Shown: one piece after another, positions 42,686 through 56,611 of the stretch
Layout: each line of letters begins with the position of its first letter
Numbering within the stretch: position 1 is the stretch's first letter
Source of the DNA: Paramecium tetraurelia
Taxonomy: Eukaryota
DNA length: 64,000 bases
Assembly: GCA_000165425.1 (NCBI GenBank)
Contig: CT868607.1
Coordinates: 310,001 to 374,000 of the forward strand
Direction of reading: 5' to 3'
Made by a program: the position numbers and the translations under genes
Notes under the pieces: model-generated
Database searches by the model: none
Told to the model about the DNA's origin: nothing
Seen by the model: only the letters and a program-made list of their open reading frames with translations

Positions 42686-44440
42686 ATGTATTAGACAACT
42701 TTTCTTGGTCGCACTTCTAGTGAAGTGGACTCCAGGGATATTTAAGAAGGATATCAATAGTTGCTTGAAGACGAAGGTTTTTATGAATACTATTCTTCAT
42801 AATCAAATGCTAGTTCAATTATTGAAGATGAATCTATCTCTAAATAATCTGTAAATATACAATTATTGCATCAAAATTTAAAAAATTATGGAACCATGAG
42901 AGGCTTGCATTCATAAGTAGACATATCTACTCTGAAAAGATTGAATCAATCCTCCTATGTAGAATTTGATGATTAGCAAAAATATAAAATGAATATTGAT
43001 ATAAATAGAATTTATAAAGGGGTTCCTGAAAATTCTACTATTTGTGATAAGGAATACGAAACAAAAACTATATTTCATGATTAGCTATATAATCTTGAAG
43101 ACCAACGTCATAATATAGATGTCGAAATCTTACAATTAAAATTTTTACTGAAAAAAACTGAAAAATTAAACTTAAACAGCTACAATGCATATAAATCTTT
43201 TGTGGATTCTTAACAATGCGAATTGATCACTGCTCTCAAAGCATAAATCGTGTAACTCAAAAGCTTAAGAAAGGCTCTTGAAGATAACTAACAATAAGAA
43301 AACACTCTACATCAATTATCTATTGATCAATAATATTACAATCGATTAAGTTTTGAAAGCGAGAAATTGTCCTCATAATTTATCACTTCCTTTTATAGAA
43401 CTAAGCAAAGTGAAATGCTGACAAATGTATCATAGGCATTTACAATCAACTTTCACACTTTTTAACCTCCCTGGCTTAAATAACTTGAATAATAATACAC
43501 TTAACTCTAACAAATTTAAAACCTAATACTTCCCCCTATTTAAATATTCCAATTTCAAAATTAGACTGTGTTACAATTTTAATTTTTGTTTTTAAATCTA
43601 TTATTCAAAAAGTTACATTAAAACTAACATAATATATGGATGACATTTTTATTTAAAGATTTTCTTTCTGCATCATTTTAATTTGACGAATAGCAGCTTT
43701 TGCAGATAAATTCAAATTTTAATGAAAATATTAATTCCCCTTTATTTGATGCTTATTTTAAATATGTAATCTACGATAGTAATAATCAATAAACCAATGG
43801 TGAATTAAAGGATGATCTCTTAATACTTCAATTTTAAGATCCTTTAATAGAATAGGTAGATTTATAAAATTAATAATCACCTCCAAAATCGAAAGATAAA
43901 ATTAGCTTTTTCCCTGATTTCTAGGATATTTAAATTTTATTTGGCGAAATGATTCTCCTTGAAATATTTCACTTATTCTTCAATTTATACATAAATATAT
44001 CCAGAATTCTAAATTTAAAAGAATCGGTGGAATACGTAGGAGAATAAATTAAATTGAATGAATTATTGCTCTATTTAATTATAAGTTAACTATAAGACAA
44101 AACAAAAGATTATGAAATCTACACATTTTTCAAATCATCTTTTATAGAATAATAGGCCATTCAACTTTATGGAATATTTACAATTTTATCGAAGTGCAAA
44201 AAAACATTTCTTAAATTGGATGAGAATTCTAAACAATTATTATTAATTTACACTCAAAAACTATTAGGAAATAAGTCTTTAGTAAAAATCCAGGATGCTC
44301 AACAAAATTTACTAACAACGCCTGATAATATTCTAAGAAAAATAAGCTATGAATCACAATATAAATAATTATGCAGATTATAAATTGTGAATAACCTAGT
44401 CTTTATTCATAGCTTTATTTTGTAAGACACAGTCTTATGA
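42686..44440 (+). CDS. Hypothetical protein (~584 aa)
   Basis: Long frame MYQTTFLGRTSSE...QDTVL-TGA with no TGA in the parts read; central coiled coil. Confidence 0.7.
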
Positions 44441-44626
44441 ATTTATTGTTTATATTTACATATTATTCATAATATATATAAATTTGATTAGGATTTTTAT
44501 TTTTCATAAATGTGGCATAATATATTCATACATCTCTATCCTAAATATCAATTAGGATAGAATTTAAGAATGATTTTCTTGATAATTTCATCAATATATA
44601 TAACATTAAAAATGAAAATAAATAAT

Positions 44627-45083
44627 TCAATAATTAATTTGTTTTAATTTTGATTTAAGCAGATTGTTCTCCTATTTTATATAAGAAAGCTCTAATCTTA
44701 ATTATTCAGACTCGATTTTCAATTACTAAAATATCCTTAGAGCAACTATATATTATTCTTCAACCTAAAATCGAATAAACATTTTACTTCTGCATTATTT
44801 TAATAATTTTGTTCAAGAGTGGCTATCTATTGCTTCAATTATTTTACTTTTTCTCTTAATAGATCATTTTCCCTTTCAAAATTTTCTTATTGTTTTTTCA
44901 TACTGCTTTAAGGTTGTTAATCAAAATGAGAGTACGATCTTTATTGTCTAATCGGAGTTGATGCTCTTAATTATTGATGTGGAAGAATTGTGGATTATCT
45001 TAAAATTTCTATTTATGATTCATTTAATAGATACTTTAAGGGGAATGCCTAACTTATCTATAAATAATTTATTATGGCAACAT
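44627..45083 (-). CDS. Small coiled-coil protein (135 aa)
   Basis: MLPQQIIYRQ...RENDLLREKVKQLKQQ...QINY-TGA after removing 26- and 23-nt introns. Confidence 0.65.
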
Positions 45084-46751
45084 TATCAGTTAGAGTAATT
45101 TTTAATTATATTTATTACTTTTAATTATATATATATCCCACTTAATACTTATATCTCCCATCATAATCACTCTATTCTAATTATAAAACTTCTATGATTC
45201 ACATCAAAATTATAGTAAGGATTTCTCAAATCTATAATATTATACTTATTAATATATTAATTATATAATAGGATTGTTTGTTGGAAACTCCTCCACAATT
45301 AAGTGAAGCATTAATAGAAAAAATTAATTTAACAAATAAAGTATATTACTCATAGTTAATTAAGAAAAATCTAATTATAGAACTAGATTCATCATTTTAA
45401 TTCAAAACAATAAAAGTAACAAATGTTATGAAACATATAGAGTTGTAATTAAAAAGTATTTTTATCTGAGATTATGAATAAGCTGATTTTATTACATTTA
45501 TAATTAAATTATCAAAATAAATTATCTTACATAGATGAAAAAGTAGCATTTATTATTATTATAAGATAAATGTTTGGTGAAATAAAGTATAAGATAAAAT
45601 ACTGCTTCAAAAATTCAATAAAAATAGAGTTTTTTTTTGATTTAAAAATTGTGTATATATATTTTATTAATATATTATAATAAAATCAAACTTATATAAA
45701 ATGAGAAGAATTAAGTATTCAAAATGAAATGCCTAGAATCTCTATATAAAAATATTCTTGATCTAAACTAACTCTATGTAAATAACACTTATTGTACTGT
45801 CTAATATACTTCGATATGTTATTACGAATTTCTCTAGAAATTATAAGAATTTGAAAATTGGATGATTTTACTTATATAATATTTTCATAAATAGTAGGTT
45901 GGAAGAAAATTTAAGATTCAATTTAAGGAAAATTATTGATTTAGATTACAATAAAACCAATTTAAATTCGAACTCTGAATTATGTAATTTATCGATACTT
46001 CCGAATTTCATAACCTCTCATAAAGTTCGTCGTTTATTTAATCTTTAATTTCTAAGAATAAAACAATTATATACTCCTAAAATTTGAAAAGATCTGTTTT
46101 TACTAGTCAATATTGAAAAGAAAGTATTTATATTTTTTGTTTCTATTTCCAAATTAAAAACAGTAGGCCATTAGCTCAAACTATAATTCATATTTAATTT
46201 ATATACAAATTTTCTTGAGCAGAAACCTTTGTGTTTTTAAATTTATAACAGTAGGCTTTTTTTAATCTCACATAAATTTTTTATTGTTTCTTTAACACTG
46301 TGGGAAATATAATGAAAGACTTGTGATGAATGCCTGAATTTGATCGCTAAAGATTTATTTTTTAATACTTTATAAATTAATTATTAGAAATATGATCCTA
46401 ATTTTAGTAGAAGTTGAACTGATTCATAAGATAAAGAAGAAAATACATTTTTTATAGATGATTGAAATTTTTTAAGGTTTTGATGGTATAATTTGCAATA
46501 GTTTAAATTATTGTTTTGTAAATGATATTTCAAAACATATATGTAAATTAAAATAAATATTATTGACCAATACTATACTGAAGGCTTTTCCTCTAAAGCT
46601 TTATTTCAATTGTTAGTGCAAATGCATAGTTTAATGGAGAGAGATCTAGAAGAAAAGAATAAAATTATTGAAATACATATTATATAAAAAGATATAATAA
46701 TATTTATTTTTTTAATATTTATTTTCTAAATTGAGACTAAGCAAGATTAAT

Positions 46752-47508
46752 ATGTCAGCCTCTTTAGAACCTAAGATTTCAAGAACATCATCGCTCAATG
46801 AAAAATAGGACAATGTACTTTTATAGAGCAAAATTTAAAATCTGATTCAAAATAAGGATAATAATAATCTCTACAAATTATTGAAGAAAAACAAAAAGAG
46901 CAGGTATATACTTAACATATTGTTAAAGAACATATTACAAAAAATTAAAGTACGATGGGATTATCTATAAGATTGGCTAGAATCTCTGCATTAAAGCAGA
47001 TAGAAGAGTAGATTATGTCGCTAAACTCATTAAGATCGTCAAGCTTGTTGATACTAATGATGAAATTTACCCTTTAATAAAAGTTCAATGGTATTATAGA
47101 AAATTTGAATTGGGAGATTTACCAGTGACTTAATTGGATTATATTTCAGAGAATGAAGTGTTCAAGACAAATGAGTACGATTATATTGAAATTGAAAGCA
47201 TAGTGAGTTTAGCCTCTATTCTTACTTATCAGGAATTTGATAAATTAGAAACGATGGATGATACAACTTATTTTACGAGGGCTGGTTATATTAATCGAGC
47301 TTTTTAACCTCCCATAGATCAATGGACAACTACATGTATATGTGAGAAACCTCCAAATCCAGATTTGAAGTAATTTAAATAATTAAAGATTTTAAGGTAT
47401 ATATAATGTGAAGTATGCTAAGGATGGTGCCATTTAAAATGTGTAGATTTGACCAGAGAAAAAGCAAAAAAATTATTAAACTTTGTTTGTCCAAAATGTT
47501 AGTAGTGA
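46752..47508 (+). CDS. BAH-PHD histone reader (EBS/SHL-like architecture)
   Basis: BAH: DYVAKLIKI, KVQWYYRK, ENEVF, IESI; PHD: CICEKPPNPD..IQCEVCQGWCHLKCV..FVCPKC; two introns. Confidence 0.9.
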
Positions 47509-47706
47509 AAGTGATTGTAGCTAATTATTATAAGATGATATATAATTATAATAAATCAAATATCTTTTTTTATATGAATTTTGTTTATATAGGAAAAATA
47601 AAGGGTTTCGAATAAACCGAAGTCGGATTTAAATTTTCTATAAATGATTTAAATTATTTATATAAGATTCTTAAAGTATAATGTAATTGATAATTAATGC
47701 AAAAAA

Positions 47707-47728
47707 TATATATATATATATATATATA
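47707..47728. repeat. (TA)11 microsatellite
   Basis: Perfect TA run in the spacer between two convergent genes. Confidence 0.9.
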
Positions 47729-47754
47729 GAAAATTTTAAGCAGAAGTTATTCCT

Positions 47755-49087
47755 TCAGCTAATATCTCTTAATAAATATTCTAATTAACTATTCCAATCG
47801 ACTTGATGCTTGTAAACGATTTCTTCATTGGGATCACAAAATATGTAGGAATCATATTCTGCAACTTAGTTTACTTTGAATTGAGAAAGTTCTGCCTCGT
47901 GAACATCTTCTAATTATAACATGTAATCAACAAATTTATGATCAAACTTTGGTTTACTAGTTTTCCCTTATAAATTATTATTATGTTTATACTTTATTAT
48001 TTTTTCTGTTTATATCTAAGATTTCTTTTTTTTATATATTTAGGTTCCTTGGGTTTTTCGATTTCTATTTATTTTTCAACAACTTATTCTGTTTAGATTT
48101 ATTCTACTTCTTATTGTACAGGTTCTTCTGGTTCTGCAGGAGTATCTACAATTTGTTAAACTAGTTAATTCTCTTGATATTGTCTGAGTTCTTCCAACAA
48201 TTCTTCTTTGCATTCTCTTTAAGTTGAGACTCTACAAGTTTATATTTATTGTTCAATTTCTTCGTCAATCTCCCCTTAATCCCAAAAATTTAAAGCATAT
48301 GATTATTTTTAACTTTATTTTATTTCAAATTTACTAAAATCAATTGCTTTAACACTACTGTATATATTTTTTGAGTCAAGTTATACATCATAAAAATCAT
48401 TGTAATTTTACATTGCTGTTGAGAAATTGGTGGGAACTTTAATTTTAAAAGCCTCCTTTTCTATCCTATCTACTATTATTTCAAATTACTTTACTAAGTT
48501 TTATAATCTCAATATTATTATTTTTCATACTTCTCGTCATAATCAGTGTTTTTTTAATTTGTTAAATATTGCTTATGTTATTATATTAAACTATCTTAGA
48601 CTGCCTCAATATCATAAGAAGGATCCTGTTTTTTAATCAACGCATCTACTGTCAAATAATCATCTTATATAACCATTGGCAACTAAGCAACACTTTTAGT
48701 AAGGTATTATCTTTTGATTTTGAATAACTTTGAACCTTTCTTGTTTTGATTTAAGATGTTCTCAAGTTTTTCTTTGAATCCATCTAATAAATACTTTTTC
48801 CAGCCAGCTCTTTGAACTTGATTCCCTTCTAACAGTTATGAGTATTTATTTTGTAAATAGTTTTTCTAGAGAATTTTGCCTTCTCTATAATTAAAATTTA
48901 AAGGACTGACATAGTTCAATGCTCTTTTATTCAAGTTTGGAATTTCATTGAGTTTTTACTAATGAGCTAAGATTTGTGATATATAAGAAGATTCAGTATA
49001 TAGATTGTGGGAAGGAGTGAGTCTTTAAGCACTTCTACTATTCTTAATGTGCCTTCCTTCTAAGCGTGAAGAACTTTATATTATCAT
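47755..49087 (-). CDS. Hypothetical protein
   Basis: MIIQSSSRLEGR... start and ...EYLLRDIS-TGA end; middle exon structure not resolved. Confidence 0.55.
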
Positions 49088-49113
49088 AAATAATTAATTA
49101 AAGAAAAATGTTA

Positions 49114-50605
49114 TCATATTATTTTAGGCATGTAACTATATTTCTTAACTTATCCTCTCTATGAATGACTAGTGATCTCTTTTTTAATTGAAATTAACTC
49201 CTTTTTTATATAATTTGTTAAATTTTCGTGCAAATGCAATTATTCCTTAAGTCCAATTTGCAGCTCCCTCGAAGATTTATTCTAAAAATTCTATACTTAT
49301 AACTCAATGTTTAGTTGTTAGATTTAAGCCAAATGCTCTCCTAATTTACTATGAAGAATAGGAATGATTTTCATACATTAATGTCAAATCCAAGAAATCT
49401 TTAAGTTTAATATTTTAACTATATTCGTCATTCTCCTTATCTTATAATCTCGAACAATAACTGCTTGACTTTTGACTGTAAGCACTCATGTTATTGCATC
49501 TCTAAATTAAGAAGTATAACATACATTCTTGCCAAATTTCATGAAATCATAGGAAGTGGCTAATTGAATAGTGATGTCATGGACTCGTTAAATTTGTCTT
49601 TACAATTTATCTAATTTTTTATCCACTTCTTTTTACAATATTTCCTGACAATTAATCATAAGAAATGTGACAATCCCTTCTAACCAGCTTTAAAGAGTTT
49701 CGCTTATGTTCATCTTTTAAAGTATTTATTACACTCTCTTTGAGTTTGTTTATTATGCCAATGTGTTTAATCCATAAAAGCTCAATTATGTTTCTGATAA
49801 AACAACATTTCTTTTTGAAAATTTTGAAACCATCTAAAGTTGCTTGGTTAGAGTTGTAATCGATTTTTAGAATTGAGTAGCTATATAATCTACACCGCAA
49901 TTAAGAAGTTATATGTTGGTCTCGTATTAGATTTTCATTTGCTGATTCTATTTCATTAATCCAGGTAAGGACTTCTTTTGTTTTTCCTCTAGTCTATCAA
50001 CATCTAATTCTAGATAATTGACTTTAGTTTCTGTTTCTTTAATCAATTATATTGCTTATTCTGACTCTCTTAATCTATAAGATATTGAATTCAACTAGTC
50101 TTGAAGTTCAATGATTTACTATTGATAATTTTAATTCTGCAAAAGAACAGATTGATAATCTTGAAACAAGGCTTCATTATGTTAAGAAACATGATGCAGT
50201 TTTTATTGTAATTCTTAATTACCTCTATCAGAACTAGTTTTTCTCATATCTATTTTGAATCCTTTTAATTGTTCTGTTAATTATGCAATTTTGTCATTCT
50301 TCTCGTTTAAATCCTTAGTTGAACATCTAAGTTTCTATTTCAAATCCAAGATCTCCTCTTCTTTCTAGGCCAATTTTTATTGGGTTTCATTTAGCTTTAC
50401 AATATTTTATTCTAAAAGCCTATTGGTTTAATATAGTTTGGCTAATAATTCTGGAGGCTAATCTAGCGATTAAATCAATTACATGAGATAGCACTTCAGA
50501 ATTTCTTTTAGTGGAATTAGATATTAATTCTGGTTTTGGAGGCTTAAATTTCAATTGGGTATCAATGCTTGCATCATGAAATGAAGCTGATTTATGTTTG
50601 AACAT
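49114..50605 (-). CDS. Hypothetical coiled-coil protein
   Basis: MFKHKSASFHDASIDTQ...; long coiled coil; ends YSYMPKII-TGA. Confidence 0.7.
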
Positions 50606-51567
50606 ATTAATTTTAAATTTTATAATAACGATGAGTTTATTTCAGAATCAATATCAAAATTCTTTATGCTTTCATTTAAAAAAATATTTAATGATATTAA
50701 TTTACATGATATGCTTTGTATTTATTGAATATCTTGATAATATAATCCTAAGATCGAAAGAATAAATTTAAAATATTTTGTTATCAAGATCAAAGATAGC
50801 GTTAAGATATCTGAAATTGCATATTATACTATTATTATCTGCTCAAATTTTATATCCGATTTACAAATTATTTAAAGTATTCCATTTAATATTTTTCCAA
50901 AAAACAAGAATTTAGGAATTTAAAATTTATATGCCGATTTATTACTAAACCTTTAGAATTCAAGATGGAGTGATTCCTATAATAATTCAAGTCTTGAGCA
51001 TAATCGAATATTTGAGAAAATGACAAAAATGTTGATTATTTCAGTAGGGAAAGCATCATCTATGCAATTTAAAATGACATTTAATTGGAGAGAGATTCCA
51101 AAATAGATAACGAAGACATATTCATTTTATATAAACAATGATTAGAAACCATTATTTAGAAGAAATTGTTGAGCAGTCTTCAAAGAACACTTAGATCATA
51201 AATCACTTTTATTTTTTCACTCATTTTGGTATTTGCTCGATTAATAACTTACTGATTCAATAATTTAAAATGGACAACTGATTTAATATGTTGATTCAGA
51301 ATAAGAATATTAAAATAAAGCAATTAAAAAAGAAAAGGCCATAAAAATGAATAAAGTAAATTAATTATGAATTTTCCTAATTTGTACTTGACAGTTCTCA
51401 AAAAATATAAATACAAAATAGGTCATTCTCTTTGTAGTGCATATATATTAAATAAAGAAATTACCAGGCTTTGGATTATTTGTAAAAAATGCTTTAGAAG
51501 TTATTTACTTTAATTATGTAAATTTCAATATTTGATTCCTCAAATTCATTTTAATTTATTTGTTATT

Positions 51568-52087
51568 ATGTCCAACATAAATTTGATATGCAGATCAATA
51601 TCAAAATTACGAAATCATAAGAGAATCGATAACCAAAAAAAGCATTCCTTAATTAATTTGGTATTGCAAGAGAATTTATCAACAAGACAAGTAGTTAATT
51701 ATTTTATTTAAGGCAGCACAGAAACTATAAATCAAATATTCTACTGCTAAGTACATTGTGAAGAATTTCAAAAATAAAGGGAATAATTTAGATTAACATA
51801 AACAAAATCAGAGTAAATAAAAATCCATTGTCTCTAATGTTAATATTATCATAGATGTCTCTGATGGGAATATTACTCTAGCAAGAAATAGCACAAAATA
51901 AAGTTACTATGACTTGAATTCTCTGTTGGAAGAACTTAAATGTAGCAATTTACTTTAAACTTCTGAGTTTATTTTGTAGAAAATTAGTAAAATACCGTGG
52001 TATCAAATCAATTACAGAAATTGTAATGATTCGGAATTTTTAATGGCCTCATTACTCAAATAACATCAACAAATGAAACAAATATGA
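51568..52087 (+). CDS. Helix-turn-helix (paired/Tc1-type) DNA-binding protein, paralog 1
   Basis: KKHSLINLVLQENLSTRQ|intron|AAQKLQIKYSTAKYIVKNFKNKG; ends LKQHQQMKQI-TGA. Confidence 0.7.
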
Positions 52088-53131
52088 AGCATTTTATATT
52101 TAAAGTTATTTACAAAATATCTTAATCAATCTAATTTCTAGGAGAATTGTTATATGATATTTTTATTTGAATTGTTAGGCAATTCCTTACTAATATCATT
52201 AATTCAATTATAATCCATTATCACTTTAAAGTATTTTCAAACTTTACTATCTTCCATTGGTTCTTCTAAGTCCTAGGATTAAATATATTTTTCTTACTGA
52301 CTATAAAATTATTTGTTAGCTAATATCAATTTATTTTTAACCTATTTCACCCCTACAAAGTGGTCGTCAAGGATTTTAATTGAAATCATTTCAAAGGAGA
52401 GATATATTTTTTAAATTATACATATGCTAATCAAGTTAATTTTATTCTGGCAGATATTAAAAAAAATGAAAAGTTGGGAATAATCTGAAAAAATTGAAAC
52501 ATTTATTTGCAAAGGTCATTAGTACATAAAGCTTATAAAGTGTATGCAAAAACTGTTATTATGATATAATATGGCTTAATAGAACTTATTTGAGGCATCG
52601 ATCTCAATTAGAGTATATAGAATAATGTGAGAATTACCTTTAATGAAAGAATTCTCTATGAATAGAGAGTTCATCTATTATTATTAATTCTGTTTTAGGA
52701 AAATGAAACAAAAGATGTTGTAAATAATAAAACAAAAAAATATTTACACATTTCTAAAATATATTTTAGCATGTTTGTCAGAATATATGAATAAGCCAAG
52801 AAAATTCCCTGTATTTGAAAAATATCAAACCGGTTTGATAGAGAAATGCAGAAAAATCTATACAAAATTATTTAATAGCTTAATAAGAATAAATATGGTA
52901 TGAGAATTTAAAGAGTGGAATCTTATGCTTAAGTTTGAATTATGTAATTAAATTACATATTAGTTTTTAGCTATCCTCATATGTTTTATATATATTTTAA
53001 TTCAAATTAAATAATTTGTTTAAATTTATTGCAATTAACACTCGTAATCTAATTATGTATTTAAAATTATAAGATTTGGAATATAAATAAGAATAAAAGG
53101 TTTGTGTATTCTGTTAATATTTATTAATTAT

Positions 53132-54011
53132 ATGGCCTAAACCTAGATTCAATAGGATTAGAAATTATCTTTACATAATGCTATTAGACAACCATATTAA
53201 AAAATAGGGAATGAAATCAGGGAAAAAGTGATTTACGATATAGTTTTCTAAGAAAATTCGATTAAACAAGTATTCTCTAAGTTTTATCCTTTAGACAGCG
53301 TTAAAATATGGTTTGAAATATTCTACAGCAAATGGTATAGTATAGACATATCAATAATAAGGAAGATGCATGAAGAAAGATAAAAGAAATAAGAAACAAT
53401 ATTTTAAGAGAAACAAAATTCTTGTCATCATTGATCTCAAAACTGGTGATGTGAATCTCTATCAATAATAAACAACATCCAATGTGTTGATTCTAGAATC
53501 CTCGATTCATTCTAACAATATTAGTAACTTCAAATAGCAAGATTAATTTCGTCATCCATAAGAGTGCACTGAATAATTCATCAATCAAGACATTGAATCA
53601 ATATCGAACAATTTAATCTTCTGGATGAAAAAGAATATGAAATTTAGAATTTGCAAAAATGATGCTTCTTCAAATAGTTTCAAAACTCATAGAAATATGA
53701 TAAAAAGCAATGTCACATTCACATAATAAGAAAGTAAACCATAGATTTAATTAAACAATGAATTGATGAACACGGAAATTTAGAAAAAATTGAAATTTGA
53801 GAATATCAACCATTAGAAATAAGAAATTAGCAAATAAAAAGAAGAATGCATCAATAAACAACAGTCTGATTAACTGAAGCATTAAATCTAAGAAATGTAA
53901 TGTAAAGAATAGGCTACTTTTAATTTGGAGAAATTTAATACTATATAATAATAGTTAGATAATATCCTAAAGTTATGGAAATAGTAATTATTTCTCATGT
54001 CATAATCATGA
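53132..54011 (+). CDS. Helix-turn-helix (paired/Tc1-type) DNA-binding protein, paralog 2
   Basis: YQKIGNEIREKVIYDIVFQENSIKQ|intron|TALKYGLKYSTANGIVQTYQQQGR. Confidence 0.7.
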
Positions 54012-54775
54012 TAAAAACATTGAATTTAATTAGATATTATATACAAACTTTGATTAATAAATATATTTATTAAATTCATAATTTAAGATTTCTATTTTAA
54101 TTATAATTAAATTAGTAATTCTTTATGCATAACTATCAATTTTCACATAATGCACAATAATTTAGATAGCATTATATCTAATTTTATAAATTAGTGAAAC
54201 TCATTAACAACCTTAATTAACAATAATATTCTATTATTATGACAAAGAGTAATTTGATTTGGACATTCGACGATAAATTATCAGAATTTTTAAACATTAA
54301 TTCTATAATTAAAATTGACCTTTTTTTAAAAGAGATGAGTGAATCTTTATATCTCAATAACTCTAAATAATTTCACAGAACTTACATTAATTTACTTGTA
54401 ATCTTATTATTACTAACATGTTTTAATCAGCTATTGTGTTTAGATCACCTCAACATTTTTTGTAATTGATGTTCAGAGGCATCTAAAAATCTTGAAATAT
54501 CTAAAAGACTAATGAGGATGGTAAATGCTAATAAATATAAGAAAATGAATTAATTTACTTTCATAATTTTTACTTCAGAATTCTAAGAACAATTCGATTC
54601 TTTTTACTAAAATGTTGTTTGGTTTTTGGTAATGAATTTCCGTATTCACATGGTTATGTTCTTTGAGATCAAATAAGGATAAATTTCAAATAAAGCATGT
54701 GATTTATGGCATTGCATCATCTTGAAAAAATTCCCTTTAAAACTAAAATTGAAAAATCAATATAGATTAATATTA

Positions 54776-56441
54776 ATGAAAGCTATTTATTTGTTGGCAT
54801 TAATTTGTTTGTGCCTTTGTGACGATGTCACATTGTATTCAGTCGATCAGAGAGTTGGAAAATACTAAATAAGCGAGGGTAAGTCTCCTGTTGCTTTGGC
54901 ATGGGGTTACTATAAACATGAGGTGATGTAAGATGGATGGGGCAAATTGTACATCTGGACAAGTGACACTTTCAAATCCCATGAGTACAGTTTAAAGACA
55001 TCCTATGCTGCCGGTATATATATAATCATATCCCATAGGATATTTGGAAGGATCATTGACTTATGAACACATCTACAATCACTTCTGGTCTTGGTACGAT
55101 TTTACTTTTGGAAAGGAACAACTGAGCAATGAATTGTCTTAATATTTAGTGGAATAATATGAATATTCAAGACAATTAGTCAAAGACAACAAATCGGATG
55201 AATATTATGAAGCCTTAGCCAGAATCTTAGCATAAAATGATGGATTATTTTAAGCAATCCAAGATAAAGCTCCAGTCAATAAGAGACTCACCTGGGTGCA
55301 ATTACTACTGTTGTAAGCATGTGGTGACATCTATGAATTGAAAGAAGCAATGAAACCAAAAGCTGAGAGAATTCAATGGCATTTGTTGACTCCAGAAGAA
55401 TTTGAATGGGAAAGAGAAAAGAGAATTTCTTGTTCCTCCTTAATCAAGGCATTAGATGATTGGAGTGATGTTTGGATGGCTCACACCACATGGACAAGTT
55501 ATTAGAATATGCTTAGAATTTATAAATACTATCAATTCTCTGGTCCAAATCCATATAGAGTTAGTTTCTCATCAAAGCCAGGACTTTTGTATTCCAAAGA
55601 TGATTTCTATGTTTTACCAGATGCGAACATGGTCGTCATAGAAACCACAAATTCAATCTTGGATAGCACACTCTATGATTTGATTGTACCTACTACACTC
55701 TTGACCTGGTAAAGAGTTCCAATTGCTCATGCAATTTCAAACGGGGGAGAGAAATGGACAAGCACATTTATAAAACACAATTCAGGAACATATAATAATC
55801 AATATATCGTTATTGATCTTAAAGTAGTCAAGAAAAAGTAAAGTATTTTTTTATACTCAGTACACCTCCTGCTAAGGACTTCATTTGGATTTCTGAAACA
55901 GTTCCAGGATTTGCTGTTGCCGAGGATGTGACTGCCAAAGTGATTTCAAATGGAAATTACTGGAAGAGTTATAACATTCCTTTTACAACTGAGGTTTATG
56001 ACAGAGCTGGTTATACTGAAGCTGTTAAAAAGGATCCAATAAAATACTCATATGAATAATGTCCAAGAGGATAAATGATGAACAGAGATGCTCCCAAAGT
56101 TAAGAGTTTGGATGACATGAAAAGATTCATCAGATATAATGATTACAAAAATGATGCAATTTCAGGTAATAATCCTGGAAATGCCATCTCAAGTAGATTA
56201 GATTTATTAGAAGTAATAAATATTATCATTTTAGACTAATCCAAAAGCTCATGGATCAATTGATGGAAAAATAGCATCCTTGGCTTCTGTTCCATAAAAT
56301 ATTGCCTATATTTAAAGTGGACCTACCACCGATTAATAACCAGTATTCAGTTGGACTCCAGCATTCACTGGTATTCATTGGGGATAACCAACAACATTCA
56401 ATTTCCCATGGGTTGAAGTTAAGGAACATAAAGTCATATGA
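54776..56441 (+). CDS. Phospholipase B-like Ntn hydrolase (PLBD/lamina-ancestor family), secreted or lysosomal
   Basis: Signal peptide; DGWG, AGYLEG, SCSSLIK (nucleophile Cys), AHTTW, SKDDFY, NSGTYNNQY, SYNIP, RYNDY, IDGK, SGPT. Confidence 0.93.
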
Positions 56442-56611
56442 GTAAAAAATAATATTATCAATAATTAATCATTTGTTTTTGTCTTTCCAAGGTATCACAA
56501 AAGAGAAATCAAACCACTTTGATATTCTTATTATTTTATCAATACTACTTTCAATCTCTATATCTACTCTTCTCACTCATATTTATTTCCATAATTAATA
56601 ATGATATTAAT

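Noticed and set aside
47603..47630. GGTTTCGAATAAACC hairpin resembling a tRNA T-arm
   Set aside because: No acceptor, D or anticodon stems around it.
51568..54011. Intact Tc1/mariner transposon
   Set aside because: No DDE/D catalytic region or terminal inverted repeats seen; the genes are intron-containing HTH-only ORFs.
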